Shown here one piece after another: positions 39,430 through 54,256 of a stretch of DNA of 64,000 nt (the stretch's first letter is position 1; every line of letters starts with the position of its first letter). The notes beneath the pieces were generated by a model. That model was not told the origin of the DNA and made no database searches. It saw nothing but the letters and a program-made list of their open reading frames with translations. The position numbers and the translations under genes are program-made. The stretch comes from the human T2T-CHM13v2.0 reference genome, Homo sapiens: NCBI RefSeq assembly GCF_009914755.1, contig NC_060947.1; one strand, 5' to 3'.

Positions 39430-39667
39430 GCTTTCAGGTATTTTCTCATGCTGTTCCCTCTGCCTGGATTACCCTTTTCTGCCACTTTTTCTTCTGAGAT
39501 GAAATTCACAGGCCCCTTCTCCGAGTCCTGCCACAGCTTTCTATGTGAGACTCCCTTGCACACTGGTCTGCAAGTGTCTGTTTAGCAATAATATATTCTC
39601 ATCTAAAGACAGTTTGTTCATTGAGAAAAGGATGAAGGAACAACAGAAGGAATATCTGTGCAGCTTG

Positions 39668-39670
<3 letters not shown>

Positions 39671-39700
<30 letters not shown>
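39671..39700 (+). repeat. (TG)15 microsatellite
   Basis: Seen directly. Confidence 0.9.
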
Positions 39701-39704
<4 letters not shown>

Positions 39705-40859
39705 TGCGCGTGTGCCTGTGTGAGGATCTGGATGTCAGCCTAGGCAGTGTCTGTCTCTGGCCAGCCCCTCACCCACCCTCTCTCCGGTTGTTTTCTCTGT
39801 AAGAGCGTGACTCTCCTGTCTGTTGCTGGCCGCCGCCCCCGCCTCTCTCCTATAACTGGCTGTAATATAGGAACTGAAGTACGTTTTCCATTATGTATTG
39901 GATTTATTCAGCACAGCCTGATGTTTCCTGCTCTTGATTTTAAAATGTTTAAATTGGAATGTTTTTTATTTTCATTTGAAAATACCCATTGAAGGTAAAT
40001 TGCTCTATTTGCATATGGCCATCAATTGCTTTTCTCTGCATTGGTGACCTTCTATACAAAACAAAAGTCCCCTCTCCTGCGCACCACACTCCTTCTTCTT
40101 TTGGTGTGACCTGTGGTGGTCCTTGCCTGGCCAGCCCAGCCTGAGTCCAAGCCTCAGAAGCATCTATTCCTTGGTCTGGAGCTTAAAGTTAGTCTGACCA
40201 TTTATCCCCTCCCTTCGGTGAATCCGAGGCAGAGGGTCTCTGTCTTCTGTTTAGCCTGGAAACAAGGAAGCCCCCAGTGCACAGAGATGGGGAACCCTAC
40301 CACCAGAGGGCGCATGAACCTCAGGAAAGGGTGGTGGGCTCCACTCTGCGAACCCTCCACCCAGCAGAGGACTGAGCAGGGCCGGTTGAGGCAGTTAGGT
40401 GGCTGCCCCCCGGGGCCTTGCAGAGCTATTGGACAAGGTCTCTTTCCCATTGTGCCCCACTGTGGTCCCTTTGAAGGCCCTCAGAGGTTCCTGGGTGTCA
40501 AGGCCAATGCCCAGTACAAGTTTCTTCATGCTAGGTACCCAGACTCTGCTGGAGACTGGGGAAGGAGAGAATGTCAGGGTGGAATTACAGGGAGACTTGA
40601 GCACTATGGTTGTCATTACTTATTGTATTCAGAAAAAAAAAAAAATACTAGAAGTCTAAAAAACCCTTGATGTTATGGATAAGATTGGTTAGCATGGAGC
40701 TAATGTCAGCCTACTTAAAATTGACATAAATAAAATTATTATATAAATAATTGTTCCAGTGTCACATGAAGGTAGTACACAGATGATTGTGTACATTTAG
40801 CCAAATACCTACTTGATGCCACCATGGTATTTGAAAAGTAACACCACCATAACTCACCC

Positions 40860-41700
40860 TTTGGTGTTTCCTAGAGAACCTGCTCATCTTCCCATGTTGG
40901 TCATGGCACGTCTGTCCTTCAGGTTGCTCAGGCCAAAGCTCCTGATGTAATCCTGGATCCTTCTCTTTTCTTCATCCACTGCATCCAATCAGCCAGAAAA
41001 TACCCTGTCTGCATAACTTTTCAAAGTCCAGTTAGAATCCATGCACCTCTCCCACCTCCGCCACTCCCGCCCTCGTGCAGGGCTCTCTCCTGGATGACTG
41101 CAGTCGCCTCCAGACTGGTGTCCCTGTTTCCACCTTTGCTCCCTCCCCTCCAACCCACTCTCCATCTAGCCAGCAGAGTAGTCAAAAGCAATGAAAGTCA
41201 TGTCTCATTCTGCTTACATTCTTTTGGGGTCTTCCATTACTCTTATAATAAAATTCAAACTCATGGCTTGGTCTCCAGGTCCTGTTGCACAGCGCCCGCC
41301 AGCATCCTTGGCCTCACCTGCTTTCTCTCCTGGCCTCTTCTGGAGTCAGGTCCTCCAGTCTCCTCTGAGTTCCTCAGACACACCCAGCTTCTCTGTCCCT
41401 TGGCAGCCTTGCGCTTGCTGTCTTTATGTGTTGCTCTCTTTTCCTCTGGAACTTCTGTGACTGGCTTCTTGTCCTCAGGACTCCACAATGAAAAGAGCCC
41501 CCAGCCTCCCAGTCATGCTGATCTCGGCACCCTGTGAGGTTTTCCTAACAGCACTTAGCACCCTCCACAATCTTCTTGTTCATTGGTTTCCTTGTTTATT
41601 GCTTGTTTCCCCAATTAGAATGTCAGCTCCCTGAGATAGACCTTTGTGCTGGCCCCCACTACATCTGTAGCACCTAGAGCAGCTACTGGTACCTCAGTGT
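40860..41700 (+). mobile_element. L2 fragment
   Basis: ggttgctcaggccaaa...catccaatcagcca...cctggatgactgcagtcgcctcc...ttagaatgtcagctccctgag. Confidence 0.7.
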
Positions 41701-44700
41701 TCTGTACATGCCCAATACTGGGAACTTCTTAGGGGCTGGCCTCCTCTTTTTTCTCTAATGGACTAAACCCCATATCCTTAGCTGCTTCTCTCTGCCCATC
41801 CTCATAGCCCTGCAGGTTTTGCTCACACAAAACTCCTTGGTATTCCGTAACCCAACTGGAGCTATCCCACGAGAAACTCGGCTTACACCTACTTCTATCC
41901 CTACATCTGTCTGCAACATTCCTCTAATCCTTCAAAGTCACCTCTAATGTCACCTCCCTCCCAAAGCCTTCTTTGATCCCCTATAAACAAGTGTGACTCA
42001 GCTATCATCTGTATTTGTGGCTTTCCCCCTTCCTTGCTCCTGGAGGATGGGGCTGTGTGAGATTCATGCTACCCTCCTATAGCCAAAGCTACTTGCAAGA
42101 GGGTATGTGTGTGGAGGAGGAGAGTGGGTGTGGACTTGGTCCCCAGGGAGCTCTGCTGAGGTAGAGCTCCCCAGTTGAACAGGGAGCTGGGGTAGGCAGG
42201 CATGGGGTACCAGCTGGCCCCAGCAGGAGGAGTGGTGTGCCATACTGGCTGTGGGTTCAGTGGCAGGTCAACTTCCCCCTGGCAGAGACTGAGCTGCCAA
42301 GAACTAAGTGATTTTGCTTCTCTCTGAGGCAGACATTTCCCTGGAAGGACAATCTAGCCCTGATTTAGGACCTGAAACCAAGCCAGTTACTGTTAGCCTG
42401 ACGGGGAGGGTGATGAAGATGCCTTTCTAGATAAAATGTTTGCTAAGCCCAGGTCGAAAAGGGACTCAATGCTGTGGCTGGGACCAAGGCCACGCTTAGA
42501 GAGGGCCCGTAGGAACACTGGCCTGGGAGCCCTGTAACCTAAGCTTGGTCCTGTTCCACTCCCATTTTCTGGGGACTTGGACTATTCTATTCCTGGAAAT
42601 CTGGAACATAGCACAGTAGGGTAGCTGGGGAAGAGGACAGTATCCAATAGAGCCTCTTTCCTTGGCTTCCCTAGGCTTGAGGAAGACCCTGCTCTTTCCC
42701 AGCACTGCCAGCCTAACTGCATATTCACATGACTCAAACTGGGCAGTGCTAAGGGGGCCTCAGCAAGCTTCTGTCTTGTCTTCTTTGGACAGATTTGTCC
42801 CTGGAACGTGATATTTGCCCAGGGTCTTGAAAGATGCAGAGGAGCTCGATGGGCAAGCAGGATGAGATGCCAGGTCCCACAAGCCAAGTGAGCAAGAGTG
42901 TTGAAGAGCAAGACCAATGGCCTCAGTCTGTGGCCAGGAGGGGGTTCAGTGGAGCATGAACCTAACTCTCTCCTGGGCTCTACAGATCCTGGAGTTAAAG
43001 TGATCTCAGTGGTGAACTGAACAAATTTCTTTCCCTTTTGGGTTCAGTTTCCCACTTATTTTAAGAAAGGAAGTTCGCAGGCCGTTTTCAGCCCTCCTGG
43101 GGAGTCAGAGGATAGATTCGTCTTACCTCAGCTTGTACACTTGCATCATTCAAGTTTGTCTAAGCTCAAACTTCCAGCCAGGACTTTGGAGTTGCCAGTT
43201 TCTACGGATCAATGTTTTTAATTAGATTGGGTTTCTTGTTTCTCCTTTATTGAATCGGGTAAGCAAATTAAATTGGGCAATTTGTTGTTAGGTCATTTAA
43301 GTGCCAACTGGGTTTCATAACCTGGGTTTGTGCCATATCCAAGTGCCTCCAACTTCTTCCTGGAGTGGTGGAATCAGAGGCCAGCTGGAGGTGTAGGCAT
43401 CCTAGGGAACCGTAGGCGTGGGTCTCTGGCTCTTGAGGGTCTGAGTCCCTGGGGCATAGACCCACTCTCTTTGTTGGTCTAGAAAGGCAAGGTGGATGGT
43501 CACAGGGGCTCAGGACTGAAGCTGGATGGGAACAGTGGTGAGATAATAATCAGGAGTTCCCAGGGTTGCCTGTGGACAAGGCACTTCCTTGAACCCGTAG
43601 CCTCTGTTTTGTTATCTATATAACGGGTAAGGTCTCTGGAGACCCTTCTGTTCTGGCATTCTGTTGCACTCTGGCTCTGTGAAGGTGGAATCTGCTCCAC
43701 CAAGATATAGCTTGTTTGCCTGGTGCTGGAGGGGGCACAGCTTTCGGGATCCGAGTCTTGGAAGGCCGACTGAAGTGGGCTGGGCAAGAGGCCTGGGTGG
43801 GGCAGCAGCCTGGGCCAGGTCTGGACAGCGCCTGGCTGACCAAGCTAAGGCTGCCTCGGGCTCCAGACAGCTCGCCCTGCTGCTGTTCCACCTCCGGCCG
43901 TAAAGAATGGTGGGGACGCTCTTGCACCGCGATTCGAGCGCACCGTTGGGCTTGCCAAGCCCTTGCTCAATCTCCACGTAGCGGGAGCTTTTTTGCACGA
44001 CCTGTACTCCAGGAGTGGGAGCGCCCCAAGACCCTCTGGCGAAGAAAGAATTTGAGCAGGGCAGCTGCAGGCACAGGGCATGGCAGGAGGAAGCTCTTCA
44101 GCGCCTGCCTCAGATCTCCTCATCTCCACATCCCCCTTGGAGCCTTTGCCCTCACCCTCTCCTCTCAATGGCCACATTTGCCAACTACACGGTGCCACCC
44201 TGCAGGGTTTTTGTCGGCAACCCATTCCATCTCTTGCCCAAAGAAAGGGAGGAGGGTTGAGCTGTAGGCCATTCACCTCTGGGACCTGTTCTGAGAGAGG
44301 GTAAGGCTGGGACTGCTAGGCCACCTTCCTGGCTCCTGGAGATACAAGAGTGAGGAGGCAGGTCTGCAGACAGGCTGCCCAAACCTGTTGAATTCAGGGA
44401 GGTAGTGACAAGATGTGACAGGCGAACAGGGACAATGGCTGGAGGGCTCCAGCAGGGGCTAGGGACAGGTATTCAGGGCATCGGGCTTGGTAAATAACAT
44501 TAACAAGGCAGCAACTTGAGCAGGCAAATTGGTAATGCAGACAGGGCTCCGTGACTGTGCTGGCTGGCTGCCTGTGAGTCACCTCTGTGGATCGATTTAA
44601 TTGCTGAGCACTTGGATATGCAATGTGCTTAGAGAGGCTGAGTTGAAGCCCCGCCTCAAAACCAGTGCAACAATTTGGGTGTACTACCAGTGGCCCAGGA

Positions 44701-46419
44701 GCATTGCTTCCTCAGGCCAGGCCCGGAAGCCTTAGCTCATGTCTCTCCCCTTTTCTCTCTCTTTTGTAAGCACTGGGTCCCTCAGGTTTCAAGGTGAAAC
44801 AGACTTCTTTTCTAAAGCCACCCTGATCTGGGGGGTCTCTAGAGATCTCCCCAGCCCCATTCAATCAAGTCACCTCTTGTTGCTTGATTGCATTGTCTCT
44901 GTCCAGTGCCTGACCCAGAGTAGATGCCAACAAATATTTTTAAAAGAATGGGAAAACCAGTGTATTTCTTGATTTTTTTCAGGTGCTTGCTGTTTTCTAT
45001 TATGCCTATGAAATAAAAATACAGCCCTTTAGGAAACAATGTTGTGTCCGGTGTGTCCATAGCATAGCAGACGTTTCAGAGAATAGACCAGTTTTGTGCA
45101 GATGTGGACTGAGGGCTAGGTGGGGGAGTAAAGAATCTGAGAAACAGGAACTCTGCCAGCATCTCATTTTACAGGCACGGTCTTGTTCTTCCTTTTCTGC
45201 TCTGACCATGTGGAACAGAAAACAGTTTTCCTTGGCTCAAAGACAAGGCAGGCGAGGCAGTGACTGTGCGTAAACGTGCCGAGAGCTAACTGTACCTGTT
45301 ATGGAACAGTTTCAGGTACTGTGTGCAGAAAGGAGTGGAGTGTGCGGTTCAAAACACCGGCTGCTGTGGTCATGCCAACCCAAAGTTGCTCCTGAACCTC
45401 AAAGTGATAGCATCCCCAGACTGAGCCACTGTGGGCCGGAAACCCAGGTTTCTGGTGGGTTGTTTACCCAATTGCGGAGATAACATCATAGCCAGATGGA
45501 GTAAGTCCTGATTGGTGACATTTGAGGATTTTGAGATGGAGCTGGCTAAAACTTGATTTTTCTATTTTCAAATCTTGTCATGTATTGAATCGTTTTCGAA
45601 TGGCATGAAAATCTTATTTAGTGGTTAATATCTGCCCATTATTTTAAGAGTAGTTTTCATAACCAGTGACCATCACTAGATCAGGGCCACTAGTAAATCA
45701 CTAGTACTTTGAATTAGTGGCCCTACAAAGCCACAGCTTGGAGTTGGAAGCAGCTTTTCTCTGCTACTCAAAGGGGTGGTGACTGTACTGAGTGGCCAGC
45801 TTTGAGATTACTGCCATACACACTCCTGGGTTCTACCTGGCTTCCGCTCTGGGGATTCAACCTAGACCTAGGGCTGGGCCGAGACCTCTGCCTCCCCCAT
45901 TGTGGGATTGAGGGGCGTGGAGGTGAGGTAAGGCTGTGGCCAGCTCTGAATGGAGAAAGGAATAAGAAAGGAAGGAGAGAGGGAGAGAAGGAAGGCAAGA
46001 AGAAGGGAAAGAGGAAAGAAGAAAGGAGGGGAGGAAATAAGGGAGGAAGAGAAGAAGAAAAGAAGAGAGTGAGGCAGATATCTGGGACCCTATCCTGGCA
46101 ACTTATGGCGGCAGAGTGATGACAGGTGGAAAAGCTTAGCTGACTCTCATGCCAGGCCAACATGCAGAGCTTGGTGTTCAGCTTTGCTGGGTGGCAGGGC
46201 TCACTCGGAGGGGGCATGAAAGGGTCACTGGTGGAGTGGAAGGGGTCTTGGCAGGTCATGAGCTGGCTCCCCTCTGCTGGGGAAATGCCACAAGGACTCT
46301 TGAGAGACAAGCGGCAGGCCATTGTCATGTTCCTTTTGAAATGGGTCTTCCCAGGCTTGGATTTGGTCACCCCTCACAATTGGGTCACAGATGCCATCTG
46401 CAGTGGCACTCCTTGCCTT

Positions 46420-47000
46420 TACCTTTCTTTGCTCCCCTTCCAACTCCTTTCTTTTTGTGCTTCTCTCTCCTCTCTTTGCTCTCTTGCTCCTCTTCCTCCT
46501 GCCCCTCCTCCTTCCTTGCTTCTTTCTCCCTCTGTGGCTCTCTCATCTGCTTTCCCTCCTCCTCGCCCTTTCTTCTGTTCCTCCTTTTGCCTCTGAGACC
46601 ACTCTTCCCTCCTCTCCCCCTTTTGCTTCCCCTTTTCTCCTCCCTGCTTTATCTCCCCCTCTAAAGCTCGCTTTTTCCTTCCCCCATGTCATTCTTTGTC
46701 CCCTCCCCAGGCACTTTTTTCTCTGTCCTCCCGAATCCTCCCATCCTCCTCTGCTCTGTCTTTCAGGATGGCTCAGCCATCTTTTCCTGCTGCCTGCCTC
46801 TCTCCTCCCTATGGCTCTGTCTTTTCCAGCAGCCTAGTCCCTGCTTCTGCCTCACCTCTCATCATCCCTCTTCCCTTCTCACAGTTCTTGCTCCAGCTTA
46901 TCCTCCAAGCCCCTTCTCTTCCCTTTCCTTCTCAGTCTGTCTCCTCCCTATGTTTCAGGCTTCTAGCCCACCCTTCTTCCTCCCAGCTCCCAGCATCCCA
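46420..47000 (+). repeat. Polypyrimidine low-complexity tract, preceded by a polypurine tract at about 45950-46075
   Basis: Strong C/T skew seen directly. Confidence 0.75.
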
Positions 47001-48967
47001 AGCAGCAGACTCCTGGGACCAGCCTCTGGATCCAGTGGTACATGAAGCGGGAGAAAGGAAGGTAGTAGAAGGATATAGCCTCGACAGACTTTGCACTGAG
47101 CTGAAGGCATTGGACCCAGAAAAGCCACCAACCCTCCCCAGTCATATTCCCAGGCCAGGGCAGCTCCTAGAGATGTTACACACAGATCATCATTTCTGCC
47201 ATTGCACCAAAACCTGCTAGAGGATGCTGGCAATGGCTTTCTGGGGACTCGCAGAGTCTCAAGGGAGTGGACATGGTGGTGGCTGCACAAACATTGTCTT
47301 AAGTGTCCCATTATACAGCTGGGGACTCTGAGCCCTACATTCAGAAAGTTAAAGAACTGGGATCAGAAGTCAAAGTTAGGAATAACAGAGCGAGATTCTT
47401 CGCCTGTGGAGTCTGCACACATGTATCAGAGATGTGGGGACACATGTGTGTTTGTGTGTTAAGTGATTTTCTTAGCATGTTTCACACCCATGCCCACACA
47501 CCCCTACACCCACAGCCACTCTTCAACCTTGTGATACAAGTGGAAAGTGAATTTGTGCTATTTCTGAAAGACGAATTTAATATTCAGGGAAGTACGAGCT
47601 CCGGGAGATTTATGTTGGAGTCCTGAATGGAAGTGATATTGGGCAAGACTAGGCCACAGTGTCCCCATTTTCAACAGAAGACTGGACTAAATGGTCTCCA
47701 AGGGTTTTCTAGCTGTGGTGATTTTGGCCCACCACAGGCCCATTTTGCTCCAGACACTATACGTGTGTGGTTTCCTTTAAGCCTGGCATTAAGTCAACAA
47801 GCTAGATTTCTCCATTTGTACATACAACAGCCAAGGTACAGGGAGCTTAACTAATGGGCCCTAGAGTCCCAGTAAGTGAAAGATCTGGGATTGGAACATG
47901 GGTCTGCTTGGCTCCAGACCTCACTTATCCTGTGCATCAAGGCAATTTCTGACGGAGTTGGTCCAGGGATCTGGGACTCAGGGCTCTTGTCAGGCAGCAG
48001 CAGTTTGACCAGTGGAAAGGCAAATTAGACTGGGACAAAGCTGCTCAAGGGAGATGGCTGGAGCTGTTTTCCTTCTGTCCCTGCTACAAGGTGGGGAGTA
48101 GGGAGCCTTCACCCAAGATAACATGTGTTTAATCATTGTTTCAGTGATAGCAGAGGCTCTTAACTTTCGGTTAATCACTTGCTGTTCCCACTGCCTGGAT
48201 GCTCTGTCCCCTGATCTCTGCATTACTGTCTCCTTCTGGACACTCAATCATCCACCTGAATGTCTGGTCGCCCAGTCTGAAGTGTCCATGCAGCTACTCT
48301 CTGCCACATCACCTTTTGTTAAATCTCTGGCTAGCACCACTCACTCATATTGTCCTCCTTTATTTCTGTGATTGTTCAAATTCTCCTCTCTCTCTCCACT
48401 GAATAGTGTCAGATCATGTTTATCTTGTGTCTGGTTGTACCCCCAAGGCCTGGCACTGTGCTTGGCACCCAGCAAGAAATCAGTGAAAGTTTATTGTGTG
48501 AATGATGCCCCAGTGGCAAATAGTGACAAGAACCCAGCACCAGCAAAGTGTTTGGTCATTCTGCGCTGGGTGATGGGGACACCGATGACAATTCCACCAA
48601 CTTCTTGCCCTCCAGGATTTCCAACATAGTGGAAAGACAGACCTGGTCACAGATCACTGGGGTCCTGTGCTCTATGCTGTGTACTGTGAGAGCCAGACTT
48701 ATAAAAGGTGCTGCCAAGTCTAGGGCACATTGTAACTGTCTCTGTCTGGGAGAATTAGGGAAGATATTGAAGGTTGAGTCGTTTTTCAGGCAGAGAACCA
48801 GGACAGGACATTTCTAGAAAAGGAAACAGTATGAGAGGAGGGGAGAGGTAAACAGGTTTCCCGCTAAGACAGGAGTCCATGTCAAGGGCTCCATTAGACA
48901 GGAAGGCACACATAGACTGTGTGGGATGACCTGGCTTGTAGAGGAAATGTTAGAAATACCAGCTTCA

Positions 48968-49365
<398 letters not shown>

Positions 49366-50299
49366 TTAAGCATACCAAGACTGAGTGGCACCAACTAGGT
49401 AATGAAAGGGCCTCCAAGGAAAGAAAGCTGCTGGCACTTCTTCCAAAGAAAGAAAATGTCCGATGCCTCCCATAAGCTTGTCATGCAGCCTGGAAGTGTC
49501 CCACCCTTGCCGGAGCTAGACCCTCTGAAGACATTTCCGTGCCGAGTAAGGATCAAGGCCCCAGGGCATGTGGTGTGGTGGGTGCATGGACACGAGCCTC
49601 CACACATGTGTGTGGGGCTCTGGGATGAAGTAAATCTTGAGTAGCCATCCTGTGCCTGAGTGATGGGCTCTGAACTCCCGCCCCTGCCAACCCTCTGCCC
49701 TGCAGGGCTCTCAGTTGTTTTAATTTGACACTGACCCAAGTCACTGAAATGGAGATTGGCTGCCATGTCAGGAAGGAATAAGGGAGACAAAATTGCCTCG
49801 TGAGCAATACAGCTTGGTCATAAATATCACCAATAATCCCTCACACCACACTGTGCTTTTTCAGGCACTGAGCTCTTTCCCATACGTCAGCTCACTCGAT
49901 CGTCACAATGAGTCTGTGAGGTAAACAGGACCAGGACTAGCTCCCCAGGGCGGGGTGGGCAGAGCTGGGGCTGGAAGCCAGGCCTCCTGCCCTCAGCCCT
50001 GAGCACTGCCATCTATGCCAAGGGGTCCTTGTGCTGCAGTGGGGAACCTGGCCTCAAAGGGCCAGTAGCCCAGAGACAGGCTGGGGATGAGCAGATTGTC
50101 ACTCAAATGGAAACCCCGTACCCATTAAGCAGCCACTCTCTGTTATTGTTGCCCCTATTTTCCTTTAAAGCCTGTATTATTAAAATGTATTTGTGGACCT
50201 CGGGTGCAGAGAGTTGAATTGAATCTGCCCCTCGCTTCAGGGCTGGGCCACTAGCATCACCTACGGTATGTGGAAGGTCTCTCTTGCATTTTATTTATT

Positions 50300-51590
50300 T
50301 CCTCCTCATTCTCTCAGGTCCCCGCATCCCTTTCCCCCTCCGTGAGCACCCACTTTAATGCATTTGAGATGAGTCCCTGAATATGTTTGCGTTCTTATAA
50401 AATATAGTGTTGTTTCGTGTATGTGTTTTTAATTTGCATAAATATTATTGTGCTATAAATCTTGTTCTGTTTCTTACTTAAAAAAAAGAAATCAGCCTGT
50501 AATTTTGAGATCAGCCCATGTTGTGCATGCATCTAGTTACTTCAAACTGCTGCTTAGTTTTGTATTTAGCCCATCCATTCTCCTGGGGATGAAAAGATAA
50601 CCTGTCCCCAGTTCCATTCAGTGCCACAGTGGCCACCCTTGGACACGTCCCCAGTGGGACCTGCGTTGGGGTAGAGCCCCAGATGTGGGCTCACTAGATC
50701 AGAGAATACACGTATGCTTCATTCTAAGCCCTGCTAGATTGCTCTCCAGTACAGTAGAGTAGTTTGCACTCCCTACCAGGAGAGCACTGGGATTCAGTGT
50801 CACCTTGTCCTTCCTGACAAATAATAATACTATTATTACCCAGCTTTCTAATGCCTGTCAAACTGATAGGGCAAGGTGAATCTTATTTTTTTAGTTTGCA
50901 TTTCCTTGATTACTACTGAGTTTGGGTATCTTTTCACAGGTTTATTGGCCATTAGATTTCCTTTTATGTAAATTGCCTGTTCAAAATATTTCTCTGTTTT
51001 TTAAATTCAGACTTCCATGTTCTTGTTGATCAATTCCTTTTTGTTGGTTTTAAACATCACAAAACTATTCATCTCTGTAGTTTATCTTTGTTTTTAAATG
51101 TCATTTTGTAAACAGCAATCTGTAATTTTGTTTGGTCCAATCTATCAATCCTTACGGCTTGCTGATTTTAGTTTTAGATCTGACCCTTTTCCACTCCAAG
51201 GCCAAAAAGGTATTCTCTTACATTTTCTTGCAATTTATTTTATGTTTTTACCTTGTATATTTAGGTTCTAAATCCATCGAAAATCAGTGTTTAAGTATGG
51301 TGTGAGGTGGGAATCTAGCCACTTTTCTTAGCACTGTTTACTCAAAAACCCTCCATTTCTCCATTGATTTGTGGTTCTAATTTAACATATATATTAACTT
51401 TCTAGTGTTTTCCTTTGGGGTCTGTTTTTATTTTTTCCTGTACGAAAATCTATTACTATTTACTAAATGACTATAGATTTGTATTAGGTCTCAATATCTA
51501 GTGGGACAAGTCTTCCTCTTTGCTCTTTGTCTATACAAATCAACTTAGATGTTGCAAGGCCTTTATTATTTCAATATCCTCTTATTTTCT
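50300..51590 (-). mobile_element. Old L1M (L1MC/ME-like) 3' region
   Basis: agtttgcatttccttgattactactgag...tttattggccatt...aattgcctgttca...gtatggtgtgaggtgggaatcta. Confidence 0.65.
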
Positions 51591-52714
51591 TAATCCTTAC
51601 ATATAAAAATGCACGGCATTGGCACTGAGTTGGCAACCCTCCTTTCTCTGGGGTCTGGAGCAGAGAGAGCTACTACTTCAGGAGAGCTAGTGCCTTAGCC
51701 ATTACAAATTCCTTTCAGGTCCTATGCTTCATTTCAAGACTGACAAGAGGCCTCTGAGGAAGGCATGTTAATTTTATGGATGAGGATCTAGAGGCTCAGA
51801 GAGAGAGGGATTCTCAGAGATGCACAATGATTTAGTAACAGAGGTGGTATTTGAGCCCATGTTCCCTGAGTCTCTGTCCTTGGCTCTTGTCACCACACTA
51901 TGCTAGCACACATTGTTCTAAGAAAGTTGACAGCTCATCCTCCAAAGCACTAGTACTTGCATTGCCCACTCCCCACCCAGATGAACAAGGTAGAGGAACC
52001 ATGTGGCCAAATAGCTTTGAAAAGGCAAAAGCTGAGGCCAACTGGCATTTTCAAGGCAGGTTGTCAAGCAGAGTTGGGAGGCCATGGTCAAAGCAAGGGA
52101 AGTCCAGGAGGCCCAGGCCCTGCTAAGCAGGTGGGAGCAGCCTCAAGTGAGATGGGGACGTCACAGGGGTGAATATAGAAGCAGTTGAATGGGTCTCAAC
52201 AAATCAAGTCCTTCTATTCTCCTTCTGGCAAGAGTTGGGGGGTGCTGGTAGAAAGGGAAAGAATGGCACCAGTAACTGCACTTAGGAAGTCAGAGATGGC
52301 ATGGGTGTACCTCTGTCAGGAGCCTCTATGAGAAGGGGTGATGCACACAGCAAGGTTTTTTCAGATGTCTCACAGACAGGCTGGGAGTCTAAATAGCCTC
52401 TGCCTGAGGAGCGGGAACATGGGTCCACAGACCCTGCCCTGGTGGGGTCTCAGAGGGGCCCAGTTGCCACTCAGCACTCCAGCTCCAGCTAAGTAAGCAC
52501 TTTTTTGAGGTCAGAGCCACTGCCTTAGGATGTGGGCACCCCTCAGCCCTGGAGGTGTGCAAGGAATGGTTTCATGACCACTGAAACCAGGTATGAAGGT
52601 GTCTCCTGCACACGTGTCTCCTGTTTGTGGTGCAGGTCATTGCATACCAATGGTCCACTGGTTCCCAAGCCTTCTTGGGAGTTACCGTGGGAGGGAGTTA
52701 AAAACACAGATGCC

Positions 52715-53008
52715 GGCCGGGCGCGGTGGCTCGCGCCTGTAATCCCAGCACTTTGGGAGGCCGAGGCGGGCAGATCACAAAGTCAGGAGATCGAGACCAT
52801 CCTAGCTAACACGGTGAAACCCCGTCTCCACTAAAAATACAAAAAATTAGCTGGCTGTGGTGGCGGGCACCTGTAGTCTCAGCTACTCAGGAGGCTGAGG
52901 CAGGACAATGGCGTGAACTCAGGAGGCGGAGCTTGCAGTGAGCCGAGATCGCCCCACTGCACTCCAGCCTGGGCGACAGAGCGAGACTCCGTCTCAAAAA
53001 ACAACAAC
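52715..53008 (+). mobile_element. AluY
   Basis: gagatcgagaccatcc and gcttgcagtgagccgagatcg diagnostics; TSD aaaaacacag[a/t]tgcc at 52700-52714 and 53009-53023. Confidence 0.92.
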
Positions 53009-53581
53009 AAAAACACAGTTGCCAACCTCTATGCTGGTGACTCACTGCTAGGCTGGGAAGCCTGTACTTTAGAGCAGTTCTTCTTAAACTTCTTGTGAAG
53101 GAAGGACTCGTTTTTCAATTTTCATTCTGTCACAATCTATACTTTTGGAAAATACAAAATCACACACTTCTGCATTGCAGCCATGTCAAATTGCCAAAAC
53201 AGTACCTAAATACCTACTCTAATTGCTGCATTTATCTTGTCTTGCACCTGGAACAAACTGCTTGCCAACCAGCACCAGACTGTGAACCACACTCCGTGTA
53301 GCTTGTGTTAAATGACCCTCCCTCTAGAGGTCATCTCCAGCCTGGAAGTTCTTTGTCTCCGTGCTGCTCCTGGTCAGAAAAGGCTGTCCTGCCTCTATTC
53401 CAGCATGTGAGACTCCATGTGGGGCCAGGCCCTTAGGCCTGCTTCACCAACTAAGAGCTCATTTTGCCCTGTGATTGTCTTAGCTCCCCAGTTTCCTGCT
53501 GTCTGTGAAGGTGGCAACTTATGCAATTTCCTCACAGAATCCAAAGACCAATGGAGCTATGATGCATGTACAGTCTTTTTC

Positions 53582-54256
<675 letters not shown>

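Noticed and set aside
39820-40050. AT-rich unique stretch resembling a conserved enhancer (tttgcata, caattg)
   Set aside because: The motifs are short and conservation cannot be assessed from a single sequence
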